Shown here: positions 1 to 7,068 of the stretch, in pieces | How positions within the stretch are numbered: the stretch's first letter is position 1 | How the letters are laid out: the number at the start of each line of letters is the position of its first letter | Assembly: GCA_964342455.1 (NCBI GenBank) | Contig: CAYFGB010000010.1 | Span: 1-40,000 of the forward strand | Length of the DNA stretch: 40,000 nt | Direction: 5' to 3' | DNA from: an uncultured Hyphomonadaceae bacterium | GTDB lineage: Bacteria; Pseudomonadota; Alphaproteobacteria; Caulobacterales; Hyphomonadaceae | Program-made: the position numbers and the translations under genes | The notes under the pieces: generated by a model | What the model was told of the DNA's origin: nothing | Databases searched by the model: none | What the model saw: only the letters and a program-made list of their open reading frames with translations

Positions 1-109
1 GCGCTGCGTCAGAGAGTTGATCAAGGGAAAAGCCCGGGCGTTTCGCCGTCGGACCGGAAGAAAAATACGGGCACGTCGGGCGTGCTGCCGGTTTGGTGAC
101 AGTCGTCAT
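1..109 (-). CDS. serC: phosphoserine aminotransferase, first 36 codons only (gene runs off the window start)
   Basis: Absent from the ORF track because it is truncated by the window edge. The minus-strand ATG is at 109-107, preceded by AGGAG (rc of 120-124). The translation is MTTVTKPAARPTCPYFSSGPTAKRPGFSLDQLSDAA. It carries the FSSGPxAKRPG(W/F)S N-terminal signature I associate with the short alphaproteobacterial SerC family. Confidence 0.55.
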   Translation of the reverse strand, partial: MTTVTKPAARPTCPYFSSGPTAKRPGFSLDQLSDAA

Positions 110-238
110 CTGTATTGTACTCCTATCCTTACAGATAGGCTGAGCGCCGTTGGGAGCGCCTGGCCCGCAGCCGCTATCTCACAGATCACTTAACAAAGCG
201 AGAGGGAAAATTGTGACATTTTGTAGAGGGGTAAAAGT

Positions 239-275
239 CCCTCTCCTTCCCAAGGAGAGGGATTTAGGGTGAGGT
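239..275. repeat. left inverted repeat flanking the DUF559 gene
   Basis: Hairpin CCCTCTCCTT-ccc-AAGGAGAGGG (239-261) followed by ATTTAGGGTGAGGT. The reverse complement of 623-657 aligns to it over most positions. Confidence 0.8.
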
Positions 276-281
276 TGAATC

Positions 282-623
282 ATGGTTCAATATCCGAAAT
301 CCAGAGCGCGAAAACTTCGCCGCGAACAGACGGCGGCCGAGAAGAAATCCTGGCAGGTCCTGCGTCAGTTTCGTCAATTTGGTTTTCCGATTCGTCGTCA
401 GCACCCGATAGATGGCATGGTCGTGGATTTTGCTTGTCCAAAAGCAAAACTGGTCATTGAAGTCGATGGCGGCATTCATAACTGGACTGAAGTCGCTTCA
501 AGAGATGAAGCGCGAGACAGCGCACTCAAAGAAGCTGGATGGCGTGTAATTCGTATCAGCAATGAGACGGCAACGGATGCTGATACGCTGTTTCGGACGG
601 TGTCGGAATTTCTTCGTTTATAA
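282..623 (+). CDS. DUF559 / Vsr-like endonuclease-domain protein
   Basis: 113-aa ORF. The layout RKLRREQTAAEKKSW..LR...FRRQHPI...VDF.C...KLVIEVDG..H.........D..R...L...GW.V.R is the typical DUF559 (restriction-endonuclease-like fold) pattern. Family assignment is from memory, not from a search. Confidence 0.8.
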   Translation: MVQYPKSRARKLRREQTAAEKKSWQVLRQFRQFGFPIRRQHPIDGMVVDFACPKAKLVIEVDGGIHNWTEVASRDEARDSALKEAGWRVIRISNETATDADTLFRTVSEFLRL

Positions 624-657
624 CCTCACCCCAACCCCCTCCTTGGAAAGGAGGGGG
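623..657. repeat. right inverted repeat flanking the DUF559 gene; its hairpin is the casposon target
   Basis: ACCTCACCCCAA followed by hairpin CCCCCTCCTT-gga-AAGGAGGGGG. This is the reverse-complement partner of 239-275. Confidence 0.8.
640..653. repeat. left copy of putative target-site duplication (TCCTTGGAAAGGAG)
   Basis: The 14-bp core is identical to 12923-12936. The perfect direct repeat extends to 19 bp (635-653 = 12918-12936) if the C-run is counted. Confidence 0.7.
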
Positions 658-664
658 GGGGGGG

Positions 665-691
665 AAATACTAAGGGAAAATCCATGTACCG
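665..691. repeat. left terminal inverted repeat
   Basis: AAATACTAAGGGAAAATCCATGTACCG. The reverse complement of 12888-12914 reads AAATACTAAGGGAAAATCCGTGTACCG. Weaker similarity (8/11) continues for 11 more bp inward. Confidence 0.9.
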
Positions 692-797
692 CTTAGGTTT
701 TGAATGAGGTGCGTGCCATTATGGCGGACATCACTTCAACCACTTTTGCGATACTTTATTCAAGTTTCGCTGACTGTGTCAGCGCCATAAAACGGGA

Positions 798-1109
798 TTA
801 CAACTCAGGCTCACCTTTCGACATTTCATAGCTCTCACGAAATTCTCTTTGAGCATTCTCAAGTCGGTTTTTCACATCATTGAAGCGCTCGACGATACTG
901 TCCCTGTCCAAGGGAGGGGGAGGAAGGTTACTCGGCGTCAACTCTGGAGCTGGTGGCCTCATCTCAAGTTGGCGCTCCAATTCCTCTTTCTCCATTTTAG
1001 TTGCGATGTCCGGCTCTCTGTCCCTGTTATCAGTCGCGATATCAGGAGCGGTCGCATCATTAAATGCTCCACCATCGCCAGAAAGTGCGTCACCAGAATG
1101 ATCAGACAT
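798..1109 (-). CDS. hypothetical acidic, proline-rich protein (last gene of cargo operon)
   Basis: 103-aa ORF. AAGGAG lies 7 nt upstream of the ATG at 1109, and the ORF starts 12 nt after the stop of the upstream ATPase gene. No motif recognised. Confidence 0.5.
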   Translation of the reverse strand: MSDHSGDALSGDGGAFNDATAPDIATDNRDREPDIATKMEKEELERQLEMRPPAPELTPSNLPPPPLDRDSIVERFNDVKNRLENAQREFRESYEMSKGEPEL

Positions 1110-1121
1110 GAGTTTTCTCCT

Positions 1122-2651
1122 TTAAGTTGACCAGCGTTCATCGCCATTCATGTCGTCGAAATGACGCAACCGGTCCTGAAATATTGAAAGCTCCCACCAC
1201 GGGCAGCGACTCGCTTTGATCAGCTTACATCCGCTGATCTCAATCAGCTGAGCGTCCCGTGGCATATTGAGAATATCTGCGACAGGTAAACGATCCACGG
1301 CCTGCTCTCCCCCAGACGCCGAAGCCGTCCGATTATCCGCACCCTCATTGTAATGTTGGCCGTAGCGAGTAATTTTCCCCGCTCGAGCACTCAAGCGCTT
1401 TGCGGTTTCGAGACTATCTACTGAAAGGTGTTGCACCATATCTGCACTTTCGAACAAATCCTTAGTGCCTTCTTTGCCATAGCGATCAACGAGAGACTGT
1501 TCAGTCTGGCTAAACAGCCAGAATGCCAGCCCCCGCTTACGATATTGCCGAACCCAAGTTGGTAGTGCGGTCTTTGGGAATTGAGCAACTTCATCGAAAA
1601 CGAACAACACCTTTTGCGGTCCGTCCACATCAGCCAGCTGGTCAACAATAGCCGTCATCTTGCGCGCTAAATCCGCACTATTGGCCTCCAGATCGACCTC
1701 TGGGCATTGGAGGTACAAGGTTGTGGGCTCTTTTTTCAGACGCGAAACATCAAACGGAGATTTTGCGGCATCTGCACCTAACAGCGTTCCGGGGGCATAC
1801 GGCGTAAAGGCTTTGCGCAGCTTTTCCATTTTCCAATATGCCTGCTTGGATGCGCCTGAGTTCAACTCATCTTGCATCAGAAGCAAATCTTCCATGATCG
1901 CGAGACCAATTTCCGATTGGCTGATATTGTTGACCATAGTTCCGATCATATCGCTGACGGGCTGCGACAAGAACGACCGCATGGAGCGCATGTTCATTAT
2001 CTCGGGAGCATATGCAGCGCCGTACTTCAAAACGGGCTCTGCATAATCCCTCGCGCCTTCTGCAACCCAAGGAGTATCGTTTTCTCCACGTGCATTTGAT
2101 TGAGGCACGAAAGTATGCGTGATATTACTGATATAACGACATGCCGTAACCATATCGCCGCGGGCAGCGCTACTCGTAATATGCGCAAGAGGGCAAATAC
2201 CAACGCTTTCGATACCGTAAGCCCCTGATGGGTTGTTCGCGACCACATTTTGCCCAAGCCAACTTGCGCGAAAATCTGCAGAAACCCGATAATTTTCATG
2301 ACCGATATCGATAACAACAAGGGAGGTATCGTTATCAATCCACCCCAGATTTGGCTGGATGACATCGCTCCCCTTACCAATTCCCGGCTTGCCAACGGTA
2401 ACCTTGCTAAAATGGCGTGGGTGAAAAAGCATACAGTCGTGGAGCTCATCGAACCCGATATAAGCGCCACCGTTCAATAGCCCTGCAGCACGATAGTCAT
2501 CGATATCCGCAAGCCCCCCACTATCGTGCATACCTGAAGTATGCCCCTGCTCTCGAAGTCTACGTTGCTGCAGGGCAACAAATTCCCGCACTTTTCGGTC
2601 CTGATATTCACGATGCTCTTTTATCCATTGGAGCGCATTACGAAGCTTCAT
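1122..2651 (-). CDS. TraG/VirD4-family type IV coupling protein-like ATPase (soluble domain only, no N-terminal TM segment)
   Basis: The Walker A region VGKPGIGKGSDVIQPNL matches the TraG/VirD4 pattern (..SGKG..V.PNLL). Walker B is LFVFDEVAQF. The downstream segment FWLFSQTEQSLVDRYGKEG....SVDSLETAKRLSARAG resembles the conserved Q..QL...YG / TA..LS..G region. The start ATG overlaps the upstream stop codon (ATGA at 2648-2651). Confidence 0.8.
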   Translation of the reverse strand: MKLRNALQWIKEHREYQDRKVREFVALQQRRLREQGHTSGMHDSGGLADIDDYRAAGLLNGGAYIGFDELHDCMLFHPRHFSKVTVGKPGIGKGSDVIQPNLGWIDNDTSLVVIDIGHENYRVSADFRASWLGQNVVANNPSGAYGIESVGICPLAHITSSAARGDMVTACRYISNITHTFVPQSNARGENDTPWVAEGARDYAEPVLKYGAAYAPEIMNMRSMRSFLSQPVSDMIGTMVNNISQSEIGLAIMEDLLLMQDELNSGASKQAYWKMEKLRKAFTPYAPGTLLGADAAKSPFDVSRLKKEPTTLYLQCPEVDLEANSADLARKMTAIVDQLADVDGPQKVLFVFDEVAQFPKTALPTWVRQYRKRGLAFWLFSQTEQSLVDRYGKEGTKDLFESADMVQHLSVDSLETAKRLSARAGKITRYGQHYNEGADNRTASASGGEQAVDRLPVADILNMPRDAQLIEISGCKLIKASRCPWWELSIFQDRLRHFDDMNGDERWST

Positions 2652-3139
2652 CGTTGTCCTCCATGGCGATCTGTTGAACGGCCAATTGGAATTCTATCGT
2701 CCGGCAATATCCTTTTCTTTGGCGTGACATTGATGAGTGGAGGACGTTTCACACGAGGCTGTTCAGCATTTGACCGGCCAGCTTCCTTTCCTCCTCGTCC
2801 GAGTTCCCGCAGTCCATCAATCCAGCTATGGTACTGGGGCCGACCTATGAAGGAGATTGTTGCCCACGTAACCGACCAACCGAAACCTGCGCAAAGGACC
2901 GTACCCACCCACGGCCATAGAATGGGCATCAGGTTAGGGCCAATAAGAGAACCGCTAACCAACCCAATGACCGGACCGAAGAACCACCCAAACAGCTTAA
3001 ATGGACTTGATATCATGCTGTCCATAGTCAGCGAAATGGCGAAGAATGTTCCGACCAAGATGGTAGGGAGAGCTGCGATACGCAGCCCCCACAAAACTGC
3101 ATCAGCAAAAGTGACACCTGAATTTACGTCGAATTCCAT
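2648..3139 (-). CDS. small polytopic membrane protein with basic C-terminal tail (possible detached TM anchor of the coupling protein)
   Basis: Three hydrophobic segments: LRIAALPTILVGTFFAISL, FGWFFGPVIGLVSGSLIG and MPILWPWVGTVLCAGFGWSVTWATISFIG. I prefer the ATG at 3139, with GGAG 7 nt upstream, over the GTG at 3145. There is a 4-nt overlap with the ATPase gene. Confidence 0.6.
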   Translation of the reverse strand: MEFDVNSGVTFADAVLWGLRIAALPTILVGTFFAISLTMDSMISSPFKLFGWFFGPVIGLVSGSLIGPNLMPILWPWVGTVLCAGFGWSVTWATISFIGRPQYHSWIDGLRELGRGGKEAGRSNAEQPRVKRPPLINVTPKKRILPDDRIPIGRSTDRHGGQR

Positions 3140-3151
3140 AATCACGCTCCG

Positions 3152-3832
3152 CTAAAAGAGGTTCTTGATGGAAATATCGTCTGGATGGACACCAGCAGCC
3201 ACGAAGTACGTCCGGTAAGCAGCCTCAAGATTATCCAACTGCCCGATGCTCATTGCGCCTTCATCAGAGACCGGAATCCCAAGGCCAACGAGCGATACAG
3301 AACACCCCTTCAGATACTCTCGCGCTGGTGTTGCGAACTGCTTTTCGCCACTCAGAACATCCATAAGGTTGGTCTCCCGTCCGGTTTCCAGCCCATCTGT
3401 CAGCAAAATGACGGTGCTACCCGGCGAACACTGGATAGGGGCCGTTTGCAGAGCAAAAAAGATCGAGGTTTCGGAGACGGTGAACTTCTCATTTGGAATG
3501 CCCGCAATATATTCGGCCACACCACCCGCGAGCTTGGACACACGGAGTTTCCGACCTGTTGTCCAAGATTTGGGATTGAGAATATCCCAATTCCGATCTC
3601 CGATGTGCTGGAGATAAATTGTATCACCAAGCAACGCACTGTTTGCCAAAAGGCTTGAAACCGACGCAGCTGCACGTTGCGCGTACGCTTCATTCTGCAC
3701 CAATGGAACACTTCCCGTCACATCAAGGAAGACGTAGTGGTTTGCCGGGGTCGAACGACGATCCGTCGCATTTGCCAAACCCGATGTAGCGAGTGCAAGA
3801 CCGAGGCAAAGCATCACAAAAATATTCTTCAT
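3152..3832 (-). CDS. secreted protein with VWA-like (MIDAS-variant) motifs
   Basis: Start set at MKNIFVMLCLGLALATSGLANA, a signal peptide, with an AAGGA RBS and 2 nt after the upstream stop codon (3837-3839). FLDVTGSV (DxTxS), ETSIFF and ILLTDGLET follow the order of VWA metal-site motifs. The fold assignment is tentative. Confidence 0.55.
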   Translation of the reverse strand: MKNIFVMLCLGLALATSGLANATDRRSTPANHYVFLDVTGSVPLVQNEAYAQRAAASVSSLLANSALLGDTIYLQHIGDRNWDILNPKSWTTGRKLRVSKLAGGVAEYIAGIPNEKFTVSETSIFFALQTAPIQCSPGSTVILLTDGLETGRETNLMDVLSGEKQFATPAREYLKGCSVSLVGLGIPVSDEGAMSIGQLDNLEAAYRTYFVAAGVHPDDISIKNLF

Positions 3833-3836
3833 AGTT

Positions 3837-4838
3837 TTAGTCCTTCTTATTGCTGTAAAGGTCGAGGGGATATGCGCCGTGCTCAGCAGCATGGGCCAAT
3901 GTCGGGCGATCCAATGCGCGAAACCGGCGACACAGATTTTCCAGAGCACTGAAGCTGACCGCTTTCAGTCCTTTGTCGGTTGGGAGTATGGCATCGCCTG
4001 TATCTGCCGCGAGGCACTTCTCAGCGAGCGCCTCCTCCAGAGCGCTTGCGAGTGGTTCAATGGCCTCCGAAACAACACTGCCCGTGTCGTCGAAACTCCA
4101 TTCTGGCAAAAGTTGCTCGCGGGCTGTCTGGAGATGATTGAGCTTGCTGGCCGTTTCTCGTGCTTCGCGCAAAACCGCACGTCCTTCAGCGAGTTTAGGC
4201 CAGTCCTCCCAAGCTCGCCGAGCGAGACCAAGCATCAACGAGATCATTGAAGACACCAGCGCGAAGCTTAACAGCGGAAAGCCGAACAAAGTCAGGCTAA
4301 ACCAGCCGGCTCCAATCTGAGCCGCCAATTCCGCAAGAGACTTATCGAACCATCCGTCACCCTCTTCTGGCGCTGTCGCCAGACCGAGACCAAGATCAGT
4401 CGGCTCATTTGCAGCGATCAATCCGTCCGCGATATATGGACCCAGACTTGCGGCGATAAGCCCGCCCAAACCCAGCAATGTCCCGATAACGAACAGCCGC
4501 ATAAGATTCGCGACAATAACCGAGGATTGTTTGTTGGCTTCATGCAGAAATGCATGCGCAGCAATGAAGGCAAAAAATGCAAGGCTGGCAGCGACGACCA
4601 TTCCGAGAGGATTGGATGAGTCATCAACGCCCAATACTGGCGGGAAAGCCGCTTCAAAGGCTGCTAAAATCAGTTTGGCATCCACCATAGTGACGCACGC
4701 AATTGCACCGCACAGAAAGAGGGCTGCTGCAGCTCTAACTGGAGCAAAGCGACCAGCCTTTTGGAGGTCGTATGCAAATTGCTCGATGCATGCCTGAGCG
4801 GCCAGAAGAATGGCTGGTTCTTTGGTGTTGAACTCCAT
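3837..4838 (-). CDS. polytopic membrane protein, function unknown
   Basis: 333-aa ORF with at least 4 hydrophobic helices and a C-terminal helical soluble region. The GGAGG RBS is embedded in the end of the upstream gene. Confidence 0.55.
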   Translation of the reverse strand: MEFNTKEPAILLAAQACIEQFAYDLQKAGRFAPVRAAAALFLCGAIACVTMVDAKLILAAFEAAFPPVLGVDDSSNPLGMVVAASLAFFAFIAAHAFLHEANKQSSVIVANLMRLFVIGTLLGLGGLIAASLGPYIADGLIAANEPTDLGLGLATAPEEGDGWFDKSLAELAAQIGAGWFSLTLFGFPLLSFALVSSMISLMLGLARRAWEDWPKLAEGRAVLREARETASKLNHLQTAREQLLPEWSFDDTGSVVSEAIEPLASALEEALAEKCLAADTGDAILPTDKGLKAVSFSALENLCRRFRALDRPTLAHAAEHGAYPLDLYSNKKD

Positions 4839-4840
4839 GG

Positions 4841-5209
4841 CTACACCTCCCGACCTGCGCGCGCACGCTCGCGGATACGGTCCAGAAAGCCTTTTTCAGG
4901 GTTCACCTGCGTCAATCCATAGAGCATACGGATGCGATGATGGGCGTCTTCGATCTCGGCATCGATTATAGCCACTTGATGCGCTCGCAGTCGGCGGGCC
5001 TCATCATGGAGGCGTGATATCAATCCCGCAGGCGGGATCGTCAGTTTTTCTACGCTGGCGGACAGCTTGTGTTTCAATGCCTCAAATTGCGAATTGTCTG
5101 CATCAATCGGTGCCCAAGCATTCTCTGCCGAACTCTTTTGTGCCGATGATGAATTCGTCTGAGCGAAATCCTCTTCAAACGAGCCAAACCCCTTCATGTC
5201 GTCGGGCAT
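4841..5209 (-). CDS. hypothetical protein (first gene of cargo operon)
   Basis: I prefer the ATG at 5209 (GGGGAG 8 nt upstream) over the GTG at 5218. The C-terminal half looks helical or coiled-coil. No motif recognised. Confidence 0.45.
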   Translation of the reverse strand: MPDDMKGFGSFEEDFAQTNSSSAQKSSAENAWAPIDADNSQFEALKHKLSASVEKLTIPPAGLISRLHDEARRLRAHQVAIIDAEIEDAHHRIRMLYGLTQVNPEKGFLDRIRERARAGREV

Positions 5210-5468
5210 AAGCCGCACTCCCCTGTTCGGGCCCGCGTCAAGCGGTCCGTTGTTGCCGTTTCAATGGGATAATTCCCAGTCACAAGAGAGGTGGGGATTG
5301 TCGAATCTTGGACGCACAAGCGGCCTGATCTGTCACTATCGGTATTACAGCCTGCCCAGTTACGTGAGCTGCGTAATGGGGCGATCCTTCTCCCGACAAA
5401 AGACGTTCATGACCTGCCTCACCTCTGAAAGCAGAGTGTGCACATCATTAGGTATCCTGTCAAGTTTT

Positions 5469-5494
5469 AGATATCCAATTGTATTTGGATATCT
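5469..5494. promoter_or_regulatory. inverted repeat AGATATCCAA-ttgtat-TTGGATATCT (candidate operator)
   Basis: Perfect 10-bp arms. A half-site AGATATCCAAA recurs at 6347-6357, upstream of the 261-aa gene. Confidence 0.45.
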
Positions 5495-6278
5495 AATTAT
5501 GGACTCGACCGGCTAGTTTTTGATTGGAAGGTGTTGGATTAATTCCGACTTCAGCCAGCAAGTCCTGAGGTACTTGATAGCCTTTGCGGATTGCTGCCAG
5601 AAAAAGCTCTCTGGTCATCCATTCGGTTCTGTTGCCGCCTGCTTCTCGGTCTGCAATTGAATTAAATAATTCGATGACTCGTGCATCAACTTTGAAAGAC
5701 AGGTTCTTTTTCCGTACATTTCGGTGATGTTCGGGAGGCAAGTCAGGACATGGAAGCTCCTGTCTCTTTCGCACTCTTCGCTGCGGCTTCTGGCTCTGCA
5801 AGCTATTAGTGATCTGATCGTACAATATTAAATGGTAATAATTTGAATCAATATCCCCCAATAAATTTACATACTTGTCGCTAATCGCAAGAAAGTCTTG
5901 AATATCGTAGAATTCTTCAGAGCGATAACTATCAATAGAATGCGCTAAATCTTGCATTATATCTGCTGATATTCTTTCAAGTGATTTAGTCTGCAAAACT
6001 AACGGCCAAATCTCATCCAAAATCACGGGAGGTTGTCGTCCCTGAATGAGTTCACCGGTTACGGTTTTTTGAAAGTCAGCAGGAATTCGCGACAAAACTT
6101 CGTCGGATAGTTGCCAAATATATGCTTGAAATTCTATTTTGGTGCGAAGCCGACGTTTTCGAAAACCTGAGCGGTCCACCTCTTCGAAACTTCTTTCAGC
6201 AATATCCAGATGTCGCTGATATCTGTCTTCGCCACTGATGGAATCCTCAGATTGAGTAAAGTCAGTTATATTGTCCAT
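5493..6278 (-). CDS. hypothetical protein with C-terminal ribbon-helix-helix-like segment
   Basis: 261-aa ORF with a GGAGAAG RBS and visibly AT-richer codon usage than its neighbours. KNLSFKVDARVIELFNSIADREAGGNRTEWMTRELFLAAIRKG has a strand-helix-helix layout like CopG/Arc-type repressors. The RHH call is tentative. Confidence 0.5.
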   Translation of the reverse strand: MDNITDFTQSEDSISGEDRYQRHLDIAERSFEEVDRSGFRKRRLRTKIEFQAYIWQLSDEVLSRIPADFQKTVTGELIQGRQPPVILDEIWPLVLQTKSLERISADIMQDLAHSIDSYRSEEFYDIQDFLAISDKYVNLLGDIDSNYYHLILYDQITNSLQSQKPQRRVRKRQELPCPDLPPEHHRNVRKKNLSFKVDARVIELFNSIADREAGGNRTEWMTRELFLAAIRKGYQVPQDLLAEVGINPTPSNQKLAGRVHN

Positions 6279-6346
6279 GATGTTGTGCTTCTCCAGTCCT
6301 GAAGCTTCGATTCGAGGCTTTAGTCAGCATATACACAATTATTAAT

Positions 6347-6357
6347 AGATATCCAAA
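6347..6357. promoter_or_regulatory. AGATATCCAAA half-site upstream of the 261-aa gene
   Basis: Same 10-mer as the arms of the 5469-5494 inverted repeat. It lies about 70 bp upstream of the start at 6278. Confidence 0.35.
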
Positions 6358-6619
6358 CGAGACTGTGTGCATAGGTGGTTTCACTCGTCTTTTAGGTGCA
6401 TGACAGCGCCGAAAGTAGCCACCGTTGATCTGGCTACATCAAGTTTAGTTCTTCAGTCGCGCTGAAAAGGCGCCGCGGATGCCTCAGGGGCTCCGCGGAC
6501 AATTGCTTGATGGTCATAGCTCTCAGTTGATCACATCAGCTGTCCGACGAGCGCGCTTTGATCTGCGCACCGGGTTCGCATCGCGCAAGATCGGCTTGGT
6601 GGTTTAATCAACTTCAACA

Positions 6620-6892
6620 CTATGCCGATTTATAAAAGCTGTCTGGCTTCTGTTCCTGTTTGGGCGGGGCATCCAGATGAACGGCAGCCCTCAGAAGAGC
6701 TTCCCTTTGATCGGGCCAAATTTTTTGCAATTCATTAAACGCGGCGAGGCGAGCTATTTGAATGTCTCTAGGGTTTCGAGGGCGTTTGGTCTTGTGGTCA
6801 TAGCTCTCGGTAAGTCTGAGCTGTTGTCTGACCAGCTCCCTTCCGTCTGCGTAGACCGGGCCATACGCATTGCTGCTATTCGATTTAGCCAT
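6620..6892 (-). CDS. hypothetical small protein
   Basis: I prefer the start MAKSNSS at 6892 (GGAGGGA RBS 6 nt upstream) over the ORF-track start at 6940. No motif recognised. Confidence 0.4.
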   Translation of the reverse strand: MAKSNSSNAYGPVYADGRELVRQQLRLTESYDHKTKRPRNPRDIQIARLAAFNELQKIWPDQREALLRAAVHLDAPPKQEQKPDSFYKSA

Positions 6893-6995
6893 ATCACTTC
6901 CCTCCGAAACTATGCGGACATATCCACTCCATTGCTGCACTTAGAAAAAAGTGCTCCTCGAAATCTCAATCGTCAAGGGAAAAAAGGCCGTGTTA

Positions 6996-7012
6996 AATAT
7001 CATAATGATATT
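6996..7012. promoter_or_regulatory. 17-bp palindrome AATATCATAATGATATT (candidate operator, copy 1)
   Basis: Perfect palindrome around a central base. Its reverse complement is identical to copy 2 at 7069-7085. Confidence 0.5.
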
Positions 7013-7068
7013 AATGGTGCAAATAAGGTGTAATATTCACTAACGTTTGACGCCCGTAAGTTCTTATA

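Noticed and set aside
110-238. Possible tRNA or ncRNA gene next to the insertion site, since casposons often target tRNA 3' ends
   Set aside because: I could not find a cloverleaf, a T-loop GGTTCGA-type motif or an acceptor/CCA end. The region is most simply the serC 5' leader and promoter.
768-784. Hairpin CGCTGAC-tgt-GTCAGCG as the terminator of the cargo operon
   Set aside because: The stem is short and no U-tract follows it on the transcribed (minus) strand. I did not call it a terminator.
798-5209. The T4CP-like operon as evidence for an ICE or conjugative plasmid remnant
   Set aside because: No relaxase, VirB4/VirB11 ATPase, pore or pilin genes, tyrosine integrase or att-type tRNA junction is present. 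The operon sits within the casposon TIRs.
5196-5516. 106-aa plus-strand ORF in the spacer upstream of the cargo operon
   Set aside because: It has no RBS and an odd composition. It overlaps the starts and ends of better-supported minus-strand genes and the operator-like repeat.
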